From Guillardia theta CCMP2712 (taxonomy: Eukaryota; Protista; Cryptophyta): DNA of 64,000 bases. The stretch is from contig NW_005434623.1 of NCBI RefSeq assembly GCF_000315625.1, positions 151,317 through 215,316 on the forward strand, given 5' to 3'. Shown in pieces: positions 12,945 through 25,213 of the stretch (position 1 is the stretch's first letter; every line of letters begins with the position of its first letter). Made by a program: the position numbers and the translations under genes. Under the pieces are notes generated by a model that saw only the letters and a list, made by a program, of their open reading frames with translations, was not told where the DNA came from and did not search any database.

Positions 12945-13037
12945 AGGCTCAGGGAGCCTCTAGGCTCAGGGAGCCTCTAGGCTCAGGGAGCCTCTAGGCT
13001 CAGGGAGCCTCTAGGCTCAGGGAGCCTCCAGGCTCAG
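12945..13037. repeat. 17-bp tandem minisatellite (GCCTCTAGGCTCAGGGA) x ~5.5
   Basis: Read directly; each unit contains the hairpin GAGCCT-CT-AGGCTC. Confidence 0.92.
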
Positions 13038-13275
13038 TGGGGAGGCTAGGGCGTGACTCGGACCGGTCGAAGGACCATACGTTGCAGGAAAGGCCCGGAA
13101 AGGCCGAGAATGAGGTGAAGGGTCCCTGTGAGACTGGATTGCTTGAAGTAAACCAGCTTGTACATCTGTACCAATCTCTTATCACCTCTGTTACTTCTAT
13201 GAACTTCGGAATCCTGATATTATTCCTGCGCGGCCAGGTCTGTTGAGTAAACATCGAGAGAGCATCAGCTACAGC

Positions 13276-15403
13276 ATGGCGGCGGCAACATTGCTAACTT
13301 TGCTGGCCCGCATGCTGTGGGTCGCTCAAGAAGCTACTCATGGCACAGTAAGCCTAGAATCAAGAGGATCGCACCTCTGTCTTTCTTCCAGTCTCACTGG
13401 TACAGTAAACATGATGCCGCCGCTTGCGAAGCTCCGTGGTGGTGGCCCTTTGGACGGTGATCACATTTTAGGGGATGAACTACCTGCAGGGATTTCCAAG
13501 CGGAAGGCATTGAAGATCAGCCTGCAACGCATTTGCGCGAGGTTGATGGTCAGCACAGATGACAGGGAGAAAACCAAGCTCCGGGCTGAGGAGATGAGGA
13601 TCAACGACGAACTAGAGCTAGAGCGTATGCGAGTCGAACAAAGGCAACAAAGGAAGAAGATCAGAACCAGCAAGGATAAGGAGGAGAAAGCCGAGCTGCG
13701 GGCTGAGGAGAAGTCAATGAAAGCCGAGCTGCAGGCCCAGGAGAAGTCAATGGAAGCCAAGCTCGAGATCGCGAGACAGAGGCTGGATCTAGAACAGCTA
13801 CGGGCGAGGATTACCGCCAGCAAGGATGAGCAGGAGAAAGCCGAGCTGCAGGCTAAACTGATTCGAAGTGAGGATCAGTTGCAAAAGCTTATACTACTCA
13901 ACTTGGGGTATGTGGATGACTCACCGTATCTTGTCTACGATCAAAGTAAGCAGTCAAGAGATTTGCTTGATTTTGTGTGACGAATCGTTTTGAACAGGGA
14001 GGGATCAAGATTTTGAGTTTCTCGCTGTGCTGTGGAATACCTCTTGCTCGGGAAGCATCGATGCCAATCAAACCACTGTTCGTTTGCCGGAAGGAGCAAA
14101 ACTGCTTGGTGGGAACGAGCTTTTGATACGTGAGTGCTATCGTGATGTCAAGGATATCATTGCGATGAACTTTGGTTTGGACCCGAAAACATTGAAACCA
14201 AGAGAAAATCGCACATCTTTTGAAACAATGATCATTACGGGCAACCCAGGGATTGGAAAGTCTTGTTTTGCTCTTTATTTGCTCCTGTATATACTTCAGA
14301 CAGGAGAGAGCGTCTACTATCAACGCGGAGACGATCACTTTCATTTCAAGGAAGGCACTTGGTTTCGTGTGAAGAATGCAGCTATATGCCGAGAATCAAT
14401 TTTGTTCAAACACGGAGGTTGGTATCTGTGCGACCTTAACGCGGAGGTGTCAACGTATTTTTGTGCTCGATGTACCAAGAACATCATCGTCTCCTCTCCC
14501 AAACTACGTGTTTTCAAACAATTGTTGAAGGAAGGCACAGCCAAACGGTTCTTCATGCCGGTGTGGACCGACGAGGAGATGGCTATCTTTCAAGAGCTGC
14601 ACAAGACACGCTTAGATGCTGCAGTGGCAAAACAAACTATCGAGACTTGGGGAAACATCCCCAGAATGCTTTTAGAGAGTTCAAAGTCCAGTTTGATTCA
14701 GGAGGTTCATAAAATCACTAGCATTGAAGATTTTGATAACAAGATCAGAGTTGTGTATGATCAAGATTTCGATCTCCCTTCGAAGCTTGTACACCTTGTT
14801 CCAAGCCCAACATATGATTCCGTGAAGGCTCAGATCTGCTCAGAATATGCAAAGGCTTCGATTTCCAAGTGGATAATGAATCGCGATCGCAATATGGCCT
14901 TAAAAGTTGCCTTCAGCGCGAATAGTGATCGCGTTCTTTCAAATTGGATGCTGTTTGAATTTATTTCGCACCTCGTTCTCAGGCAAGAAGGGAAAAGAAA
15001 GGCAAGGAGGTTGGGGGAAGGGCATGATGACGGCACTCTGACTGAGATTGAAATGAAGAGAAGTGAATTTGTGGGATTCTGGGGAGGACCTGAAAGTTTG
15101 AATTGCCGTCTACAGAATAGGACGTACTACAAGCCTTTATCCAAGACTTTCCCATGCGTGGATGCGTTGATGTTGTCCGAGAAACCAGAAGAGGTGTATC
15201 TATTCCAGATAACAACGGCTCAGCAGCATCCCGTGCTTTATACACCATTGTATGACATTCTTGCCAACATTACTGTGTTGAACAAAGTCAGGAAAGCGAA
15301 TTTGATCTTTGTCCTCCCAGAAGTTCAAGCCGCATGCACAAACCTTGTCAATCGAGACAGAGCCGAGAAAACAACGAGGGGGTTTGGAAGACCTTGGGAT
15401 TGA
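13276..15403 (+). CDS. Crinkler/RHS (CR)-type protein: N-terminal hydrophobic leader + LRGG + coiled coil, then P-loop NTPase and restriction-endonuclease-fold domain
   Basis: ATG 13276; intron 13946-13997 joins ORFs 13243 and 14027 in frame; motifs ITGNPGIGKS, WYLCD, IVSSP, FMPVWTxEE, WGNIPR, YYKPLSKTFPCVDAL...LFQITTAQQHP match the CR NTPase+REase architecture. Confidence 0.82.
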
Positions 15404-15923
15404 GTTGGTGCAAAGTGTGATGTTTCTGTCTGAGGAAGATGCACGGGAGTGTGTGGGAGGCCAACATTTCTCGCTGGAAGAATAAGCCCCACCAGCTCAT
15501 AAAAATCAATGAAACTCTTCTCAACTTGTTTCCTTGTAGGCCTTATCTTTCAACGATTAGCAGCCTTGCAGGTTTCAATGAGTGTAGATCTCTTTCAGTC
15601 GCGATCTTCTACTTCAGTCATCCATCCGTCCCGACAGCCCTGAATTCGACTCGAGGGTGACTGGCAGCATTTTAGCTTCCGCCAAGAGTTGCTTCATGAC
15701 ATCTTTCAATGGTTGCATTCCTGTCTTCAAAGCGTGCTGGACACGAAGCCTGCATGGAGCGTCTAGCATGACAGGGAGGAGGGAGGAGGGAGGAGGGAGG
15801 AGGGGGGAGGGGGGAGGGAGGAGGGAGGAGGGAGGAGGGAGGAGGCGGATTTCAGTCTTCTCAGAGTTTCTCAGGGTGGTACAGGGATTCTCTCTTTGTT
15901 GGGTGTCTCAGCGACTGGTCGAT

Positions 15924-17590
15924 ATGTGCGCCTGGAGGCTTTGGAGGCAGAGGGCATGGTAGAGGAGAGAATCTTGTCCCTACTCGAGGTCTGCCCTGTC
16001 AACAGCGTCTCCCTCCTCTGATCATGGTGGGCAGATGGCAGTCTTCAGCTCTGTGCGGTGGAATTGTTCCCGTCACTGTCCTCCTCAGTTTGGCTCTTGT
16101 CCTCCAACGGATCCCGTCCTCGGGCAGTGCGTGTGCAAGCCCAACAGGATCGGCATCGACTGCTCGACTCACCTCCTGACGGACCATCTTTTTCTACCTC
16201 CCTATCGACATCCGCAGGACAGTGAGGATCAAGTCAACTTCAGCTGGTTGCCAACGGCCCGTCCCTGATCATCTTTGACACCCCTTCTGTGTCAGGCTGA
16301 AAGCATCAGCATGGGACCACCAGGAGCTCGAGGGAGCTCTGAGGGAGGTCGCAGCCTCTCAGGTGCCGTGAGACTCTCAGTTGCCTGCGACCTTAACCCC
16401 TCGCCTGCTGACGTCAGTTTCTCCAGGGCTCGGGATCCTGCGCTGCTCCTGCTGCTCTGGTCACGGGGTACCATCCAGGTGCTCGACCTCGCCTTGAGTA
16501 GACTGCTGAGCCATCGGAGAGCAGGAGGGCTGACGGCATCCCTGAGTCTGATCGCCTCGATGCTGTCCTTGTCCTTCGCTCTCAACAAGAAGACGCTCCT
16601 GTGGAGGAAAGCCGAGGTAATATCTCCTCTTCATCCTCCGTCCGGTCGAGTCTGACACCATCCAAGTGGCATCCTCCCTTCCTCCCTCGCTCTCCCTCTC
16701 GCTCTCGCTCCTGCTCTCGCTTGCTCCCTCCCTTCTCGGTGAGACAAGAGATTGCAGCTGGAGCGATTGCTCAAACCAAGACATGGACAACTTTCTCGAG
16801 AGAACGTTTCATCTCAAGGTCGATTGATCCTGACAGTCTTTGACCTCTTGACGGGAAGCAGGTGGAAGAGAGTGACAACACGCGCAGTGTCCAGCCCTTC
16901 GCCTGGGTCCCTCCCAAGTATCAGACCAAGGTGCCGCCAATGACTTTCGCTGTCCCTCCTGATGTATCCCAGGGGATGTTTTGGTGGAGGTCGGTGCTCA
17001 ACAGCTTTCTCTTCAGGATTCGACCTGTCCTGCCTTCTCCTCCTCTGCTTCACGTCCTCTCAACTCGTCCCTCCAGGAGCTTGCGCAGGAGCTCGACATC
17101 GACGGGTTGATGAAGCGCCTGGGCCTGTTGGATGGACCTTTCTTCGGGGTGCATGTCCGGCTGGTGAGAGACGTTGAGGTATCGTCCTTCTCCTCAATGC
17201 GGATGTCAGGGGGACTCGTGTGTCAAGTGGAAGGAGTTGTTCAACGGAGACTGCCTGTCTCCATACGAGCTCATCTCGCACACCAAGTCAGCTTCGCTCC
17301 TCTTCCTCACTCGTCTCTCTCACTCGCCTCAGGTTCCTCTCGGATAGATAGTCTGATGACCCGCACGCGCTCGATCACTTCAAGCAGAAGCTTCCAAGCC
17401 CGGCTACACGTGGTGGCTGTGGACAAATATCGAAGTCTGCTGGAGGAGATGGACAAGACTAAGAGCGAGTAGCTGGAAAACAAGCTCAAGCACCTCTATC
17501 CTCACTGCTGCTGCAGGTGGACGGAGAATCGGCTGAGGAAAGGAGAGCTTCCTCGCAGCCTGCTGCTTCGCTCTACCTTGACCGACTTGA
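15924..17590 (+). CDS. EGF-like domain + alpha-1,6-fucosyltransferase (GT23)-like protein, multi-exon; boundaries approximate
   Basis: CSRHCPPQFGSC...GQCVCKPNRIGIDCS; spliced exons give GMFWWRSVLNSFLFRIRP and GVHVRL|GDSC (GDP-fucose-binding motif I). Confidence 0.6.
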
Positions 17591-17599
17591 TCCGGCACT

Positions 17600-17930
17600 C
17601 CGACGCTTTCTGAGTCAGGAAGCCCGGCTACCGAGATCAACTTTCAACTATGGGTCGGACTCTGACTAGGGCTCCGAGTCGGTTCGAGCCGCTCAAAGAA
17701 TGATATCCGACGGATAGGCTAACCTGTGCCATCATGTAGTGGTAGTTTGAGGCCTCAAGCCCGTCACCAGGCAGCCCCGGACGGTCCCAATTTGAGGGAC
17801 TCCCGGAGGCGCCCGGCCGCCGCCGAGCCGCAGTGAGCTGGCGGCCGCCGCCTCCAGCGGCGGGTGACCGTGACTCACTGAGTTGTGACCGGACACCGCA
17901 GCGTGACTCGGACGCTCAGACTTCAACTTA
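17600..17930. repeat. GC-rich palindromic-word island 3
   Basis: Same vocabulary; merges into the tandem array downstream. Confidence 0.65.
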
Positions 17931-18260
17931 GTTGACTCAGTAACTCGGAGGGTGAGCTAGTGACTTCAAGTTGACTCAGTAACTCGGAGGGTGAGCTAGT
18001 GACTTCAAGTTGACTCAGTAACTGAGGGTGAGCTAGTGACTTCAAGTTGACTCAGTAACTGAGGGTGAGCTAGTGACTTCAAGTTGACTCAGTAACTGAG
18101 GGGTTGACTCAGTAACTGAGGGTGAGCTAGTGACTTCAAGTTGACTCAGTAACTGAGGGTGAGCTAGTGACTTCAAGTTGATCGGACTCAGTAACTGAGG
18201 GGTTGACTCAGTAACTGAGGGTGAGCTAGTGACTTCAAGTTGACTCAGTAACTGAGGGTG
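17919..18260. repeat. 37-bp tandem array (GTTGACTCAGTAACTGAGGGTGAGCTAGTGACTTCAA), 10 cores
   Basis: Cores start at 17931, 17970, 18009, 18046, 18083, 18103, 18140, 18177, 18202, 18239 (spacings 39,39,37,37,20,37,37,25,37). Confidence 0.93.
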
Positions 18261-18425
18261 GCACTGGGCCTGCCACCATTGTTTCAATGTCCTGCTATGA
18301 GAATTCTCTGTGAATTGGCCCGCGGGCCGGCCATTCACTCCTTGCTCTTGTAATTGAAGGTTGACTGTCGCGACCCTTCTCATCTGCGCCGGGCGCTTTC
18401 TCTTGGAGGCAACCAATCATCATAC

Positions 18426-19476
18426 TCAGTAACTCGTCGTTGTTATGAAAGCATGAAACGAACAACAAGCTGCTTCGCCGCTGCATCTGTCCATTTCAAT
18501 GAAACGAATCACTGGGATCTTTGTTCCAATTTCCATGATCAATTCTGGGTCTTGCAGATAATTTTGGAGTCGAGTCTGATTTTCTTCAGCTAATAACTCT
18601 TGGAATTCGCCTTCCGAGGTGTCGAACATTCGTTCGAAAGCATCGGGACTTTTCAACATTCTGTTTAATTTCTTGATGCCCTTCGTAGACATGACTAGTC
18701 TTTCACAAACTTGGGACAGAGTTTCGTTGCAAACGATTGATTCGATTTCGAAATATTTCCCAGCCTTGTGAAGAGACATAACTTACCCTCCCTGTCGGTC
18801 ATTCCGCCCAATGCCGTACATATTCCATTGCCCTTGCAAATCAGATCTCTTGACGAACTCCATTCGGATAATCTTGTCAGGCTAAGTTACCACCTGCTAA
18901 CGCCTTTTGAAGTCACCCGACTGCTTAATTGTTGTAGACGTGAATACCTTTCTCCTATTAGAGATCAATCATAACTTCATCATATGCAGCTCTCACAGGC
19001 CTCTGAAAAACCTCTGAGTACTGTGTCTCCATATGGAATGTAGGACATCGTCATAAGGCATGATGAACTTCGGACAAGCTTTTGCCAGAATTTCCTCGCT
19101 TAACAGTCTACGCCGTAAGGGAAAATGGAAATTGTGACTTCAGTTGCCTTCTTAGGATTGCCAGCCGAGAATTCATTGTTGCACAGTCATAATTGATCGT
19201 GATAACGGCTGAGGCGATGCTTCCCGTGAAGTTTGAAGATATCAATCCACTCCTCGACAAGTTGAAGGAGGCCAAGACGATGAGTCCCATCTGGCAAACA
19301 GAACAGCTTGAATCTTTCGCACATCGCATGCTTCTCTTCCACTCTAACCAGTGATATTTTGGCATAGGAATAAAGCAGCCAGCCATGCTATCGTTTGCAC
19401 GACAGAATCCTTGGTACTGCGATTTCGTTATACCGTTTGCTGTCAGGGCAACTGCTGCTTCCCCCCGGTAGGCATC
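18426..19476 (-). pseudogene. Interrupted hypothetical coding region
   Basis: Protein-like ORFs 18426-18779 and 19108-19386 separated by stops that I could not resolve with clean introns. Confidence 0.25.
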
Positions 19477-19499
19477 ATTTTTTTTTCAATGATTTGCCA

Positions 19500-19880
19500 C
19501 AAGCCGGGCCGTCGGCCGCGGGGGCAACTTAGCCTGGCCCAAGTTCAGTTCAGTGAAACTCCGGAGTCCGAGAGTCACTGACTATCAGCTAGCCGCTCGT
19601 CGGACTGAGAGCGCGGCCGGGCGGTCCGTGACCGTACGGTCACGGTGGCAGTGACTGCACGGGGGGCCCGGCGGTGCCCCGGCGGCCCGGCCCGCGTACG
19701 GTACCGTTCCGAGTTCACGGTAACGGTACCGTACACGGTGTGACGGCTGGTTGCGGCGCCCGGCCGGGCTGACTCACTGTGTCGGACTAGCCTAGCAGCG
19801 CGGCCCGGCGGCCCCGGCGGTGGCTCCCGAGTCCGCCCGGGTGGCCGGCCCGGCCGGGGCCATCATCCGATGATCAAACT
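19500..19880. repeat. GC-rich palindromic-word island 4
   Basis: GTACGGT/ACCGTAC, CCGGC, GTGAC words. Confidence 0.75.
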
Positions 19881-20083
19881 TCTTTACTCAAAGTTAAGTT
19901 AAAAATCAGTACGAGAACAACAGTGAGCAACTTGTTTTGTATCCAACCGGCGTTGAACCTTGAACGTTTCAGATCTGAGAGACTCTGTCATATGATCATA
20001 GGCAAGTCATAGCAGAACAGTGCTGGCGAGTAGGACCCGGTCCTACGGTGAGACTCGTAGCGGCCGACCTTTCAGCACCTCAA
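19850..20083 (+). repeat. Dispersed duplicated segment, copy B, carrying a 42-nt insertion (19880-19921) absent from copy A
   Basis: Manual alignment with 12330-12556. Confidence 0.9.
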
Positions 20084-20759
20084 TCGACAACGTCACTGTG
20101 GATTACGTCGGCCGTTAGCCTAGGGAGGTCCCCGTGCTGACAAGCGAGATAAAGCAAAGACAGGGAGGGCAGAGGAAGCACACAGCCACGAAACCGCGCG
20201 AAGAAGAGGACGAAATGAGCGACAACAAGACAAGAATCAGAGAACTCAAGCTGAAGCTCGCGCAATGCCAGAAGATCACTAGTTTCTTCAGGTCCAGCCT
20301 ACGATCAGATGTTGAAAGTAAGTTCCGAGAGAATTTTGTGCTGAGGTTGCAGCTGACACAGTTGTGTTGCAGAGTTGTTGGAACAAGTAGAAGCTCGCAA
20401 AATTTGGTTGTTGCACGAGATTCAAATGGTATGTAGATGCTTTCAGCATAACTGTTTGCAAACTTAATGGATTTTCTGCTCAGCTCGAAGCTTTTCAAGG
20501 TGATCACCGTCAAGGTGGCATGAAAAGGAGGAAATCTACTCATTATGCCAGCGTTGCATCAGGAGTGATGATATTCGAATGATGAAATATCGAACCACTT
20601 TGACATCAACCAAATATCCCTGTACTACATGTAGCTCGTCTGTAAATAAACCGTGAGACAATGAAGTTTCAAGTGAAACTATCAGATCAGATCCTGCTCA
20701 TTCAATGTGAAGCAAAACTTGCACCCTCTGGCAACCGTGAACTGAAGTATCGCTCCTGC

Positions 20760-21270
20760 ACTGCCGCGGATCATCGGATCATCGGATTGAGACTCTCATT
20801 GCTGAGAGTCAGGGCCACGCTTTTCCGAAGTTCTGCTCAGGCTACTGCCGTTGATCGGAATGGTTCACGGTTCACGGTTGGCGGCGTGACCGTCGAACCG
20901 TCACTGGCCGGTATCAGGCTACTCTATGATGATACCTGAGTAAACCGATCACCGATATCATCGAGTCAATCTTATATGGGCCAACACTGTGAATCAAGAC
21001 GTCGATCGGACTGTGAATGACATGCCGCAGTGCTTAGTGCAGGCACGCCGCCGCCTGCGCCGGGGGCCGAGCCCGCTGATGATGATACATCCGTTCCGCT
21101 GCGGCTGTCAGCCTGGGGGGACTCCGGAGGGGAGAGGTGGCGATCGCCGCCATCGGCCTCAACTCAGTCCAGCGCCCGGCCGCCCCACGCGGCCCGGGCC
21201 TGGCACTGGCGGCACACGATGATGAGCCTGTCCGGGCCGCCGGACTTGCACGCTGCCGGCCGGGCTCAGT
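20760..21270. repeat. GC-rich palindromic-word island 5
   Basis: GATCATCGGATCATCGGA, ACTCAGT, CCCGGGCC words. Confidence 0.6.
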
Positions 21271-21445
21271 CATCATGAGGATCCTCAACTTCAGGCAAGA
21301 TAAAATCCACAATGGATGCGCCAGCTGGAGACAGGGAGGAGAGGACAAGACGAGGAGAGGGAGAGGGAGAGGAAAACCTAGAAGATGAGCGATTGCAACT
21401 GCCAGGCACTCGAACGAGAGGAGGCTGCTTTCTTAGCTTGCGACC

Positions 21446-24400
21446 ATGCTGAGACTGGACCCTGACATGCATCGGACAAGGAAAGGAAAATGGCAGACCT
21501 TGTTTGTCTTGCTAGCCTTCATTCTCTGTGCTCGCTGCGAAACTTCAGAGCTCGAGACACTGGACATTGAAGAGGAAGCGAGACAGTTTTGCCTGGAGAA
21601 CCATTACCATGAAGCTTGCTGTGAGTCAAGATACCACGGAGGAGAGATAGATTGCTCCTCTTGCTCTGAAGAGGTACACAGTAGTATCGCCACATGTACC
21701 CAGACGTACATCTCAGAGCACAACAAAAGACAGAGAGCGATTCACTCTGCTCCCTTGCTCCGGGTCGCCCTCCTCTCTCCCCTCCACTGGTCTGTGCATG
21801 ACGCGAGCAGCAGCAATCCTTTGATGGTCTCAGGCAAAATCTTCGGGATAGATTCCACAACGCCCCCGGACACGCACATCAACGTCCTCCTCTCAGGTTT
21901 CTCAGAGGTTGCCGTCCCTCTGTCCTCCTTCTGCTCTCTCAACCCCCCGCTCGCTCCCTGCGAGTTTCGCATCCCGGTAGGAAGAGACATGCTGGGGAAG
22001 GGTACGCGCGTCCTGGCTGCTCGGCTCGTGAAGGGAAGCGAATGGTCGAGCAGCATTGGACCTGTAGCAGAGCTCTCCTTCCGCTGCCAGCCTCGCTTCC
22101 TCTCCTCCTGGGACCAGAACTCGTGCTGGAAGGGATTCTTTGCTAGCACGCCGCGGTATGACGCATGCTTGCGCGAGGATGGGGCTCGAATGGTTGAATG
22201 GAGGAGGAGGAGGATGGGGAAGAGAGGGGGAAGGGAAGGGGAAGAGGAGGAAGGCAAGGGTGATGAAAAGTGTCTGCAGCATCTTTGGACGCACAAGGAG
22301 TGGAAGGATGTGTCCGAAGAGGATGGGGTCGGTTCGGGTGATCTCAAGTGCCTAGGGAGAGAGTGGAGGTCACCGCAGCGATATGATGGGATGAGCCTGA
22401 ATGTCACAAAGGGACAGCAAGTTGGACTCGTGCTGGTGCTGAGAAGGCCGAGGAGGAGGGAGCTGAAACGATTCCTCCTCGAGTTGCAGCAGCAGAGCGA
22501 GGACGCAGGGATTGTTGTCTTCACTGAGGACCCCCCTACTGTTGCCTCCATCCTGTACCGTGTATCCTCTAGCTTTCAAGTTCACTCTATCGGAAAACAA
22601 GGGCAGGAGCAGCAAGTCATAGAGGCTTTCCTCTCCAGGGCCAGTGAGACATTTTCTACCCTATGCGCTCTGTCCGGTCAGCCAACCTCTGCTCAGGATA
22701 CTTCTTGGACGTGCAGGTTTGTTCTCTTTCACTCGCTCGCGACTGTTCCGTGATAATCTCTCACTTCTTCTTCTTACAGCTCCAGCTCTAACTTTCCTCC
22801 TCACTTGATTGATACGACTGGTGTTGTCCTCCCTGACGACAACAACCAACAACGGGCTACCTCCTACGTCTTCCCGAGGCTCTACGGCCTTATGGGAAAC
22901 GTCCTCTTCCAGGCACCTACCCCGTGTGCTCTTGGCTTCCAGTGACTTCCCTTCTAGACCGCAGCCGCTCTGACGTTAGCATGGGACCTTGACGAGATCG
23001 GTTTTCATGGGAGGCAAGTCGTGCTGTGTTGACGTTTCACGTGCAGGAGGCTGATGATTATGCAGGAGGTGGGAGGTAGGGTTGCCTCTGCCGCAAGATC
23101 ACAAGCAGGTGACAAGTCTACAGAGCTGGAATCTTGTGCAGATTGAAGTTCCATACCCTTCTTCTTTCTCCTCCTCCTCCTCCTCCTGCCCTCAGCCTTT
23201 CTCTTCCTCAAGAACTGGCTGCCTGTCGACCTGACTGTCTTTGATTGATGTTTCGTACTTGTGTCTTCTTTCTCTTGCATCTTCTTTCTCTTCTTGAACA
23301 TTCACTTGTTTACATCTCGACAAGTTTAATCGACGTACTTCACAGTGTGCAAAGACATTCATGTCTTCAGTGTTCTCATCGCTCATGATAAATAGACTTG
23401 ACCTTACATCACATGAGGTACACTTGTGGTTGTTTGTCTTAATTGACATGCTCGAAGGTGAACGACTTGATGTATCTACAAGAGGGAAAGTGTCATATTT
23501 GTCATCACAATCTTACAGAAGGTATCTTGTACATTTTTCATTCAAGTTTGGTTTCTGAGATTGTTTCGTCAGATGCTTTGACAGCCTCTTCAGGAACTGA
23601 TCTGATGATCCATGGATGGCGACAGGTTGGATGTGATCTTGCAGGAGTCAGATGAGAGGAGAGGAGAGAAGAGGAGAGGAGAGGAGAGGAGATCAGGTGA
23701 GATGAGATGAGATGAGATGAGATGAGATGAGATGAGATGAGATGAGATGAGATGAGATGAGATGAGATGAGATGAGATGAGATGAGATGAGATGAGATGA
23801 GATGAGATGAGATGAGATGAGATGAGATGAGATGAGATGAGATGAGGTCTGGGGACTCTGGATCTTTGTTTGCGAGAACAATACGGCAGACTAGAAGGGG
23901 GGGGGGTAGAAATAGAAATAGATTCTTACTTCACCTCATTGCAGTCCTACAAGTACTTCTGGCATCGACGTGCAAAGATGATCGATGCCTTCTCCCTCCC
24001 TCCTCACCTCGAACAAGTTGCACAGGTAAGACATGAGGACTATAAGGAGGAGGAATGAAGGGGAGAGGGAGTATTGAAAGTGAATGGAACAGAGAGGGTG
24101 GGGAGCAGTGAGAAGCGAATGGTGAAAGACGAAATGGAGGGAAGTAGAGGAGGAAACGGGGAGAAATGGACAGGGGAGTGGGGCAGCAGGGAGGAGGGAG
24201 GAGGGATAGACGAGGGATAGAGTGAGTGAGTGAGTTAGTGAGTGAGTGCCAGAGGGAGGGAGGGAGGGAGGGAGGGAGGGAGGGAGGGAGGACAGAGAGA
24301 GGAGGGAGGGAGGGGTTGGGAAGGGGACGAGATAAAGACGCGAAAAGAGCACGAGGCTAGTGGGAGGAGCATACTTGCTGACCTGCTCACAGCACCACCT

Positions 24401-25171
24401 GAGGAGGCTGATCGGGGAAGAGGCTGATCGGGTGACGAGAGGAGCGAGGGAGGAGGCAGACTAAGAGGAGGCGGCAGGAAGTAGTTTCAGTCCATATCAG
24501 ACGCGGGGACCTCCTGTCAGAGAAAGGGACCTTGCTGTCCCTCTCCTACTACGAGAGGGTGAGATGAGGTGTTGATAGAGATGTCCGGGTGAAGCAGGAG
24601 TAGGCGTTCGAGGAGTTTGACGAGGATGTCCTGTTTCTTGTCTTCTCGGATGACATCCCATGGTGAGATGAGCGTCGGCGATCTGTGCGGACGAGATGTG
24701 CTTGTTGTTCATTCCTGCGATCATGAGAACTTCATCTTGTTCGCTTCTGCCATTATGAGATGTACTTGTTGTCTTTGTGTGCACTCTTGATGGGATGTGG
24801 CAGGTGCAAATCGACGGCTCTGTTTCGAAGACTCAAAAACGGTAAAGAATGTTTACACCTTCAGCATGGAAGTCTGACTGAGCTGATCTTGACCTCAACT
24901 CCTTGCTTCTCGATTTTGCCCTCAATCCTTGTGCTGGATTTTGTTCTCGCCCTCCCCTATCCCCCCTCGCTTCCCCTCCCTCGCTTGTTTCTCCAGTCGT
25001 CTTCGTGGAGCTCGGAATCGACTTCCTCGAGCTGCGCATGATGTCGATGTGCGATCACCACATCGTTGCGAACTCAACGTTCAGGTGAATCCTCCTCCTG
25101 CTCCTCCTCGTGCTCCTGATCCTTCTCCTGCTTCTCCTGCTCCTCCTGCTCCTCCTCCTCCACCTCGTTCT

Positions 25172-25213
<42 letters not shown>

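Noticed and set aside
17919-18260. CRISPR-like array (37-bp palindromic repeat)
   Set aside because: Units are contiguous with no unique spacers, there are no cas genes, and the context is eukaryotic; it is a tandem minisatellite.
23698-23845. (GAGAT)n and (ATCTC)n as interstitial telomere
   Set aside because: Not a known telomeric unit; one of many purine/pyrimidine microsatellites here.
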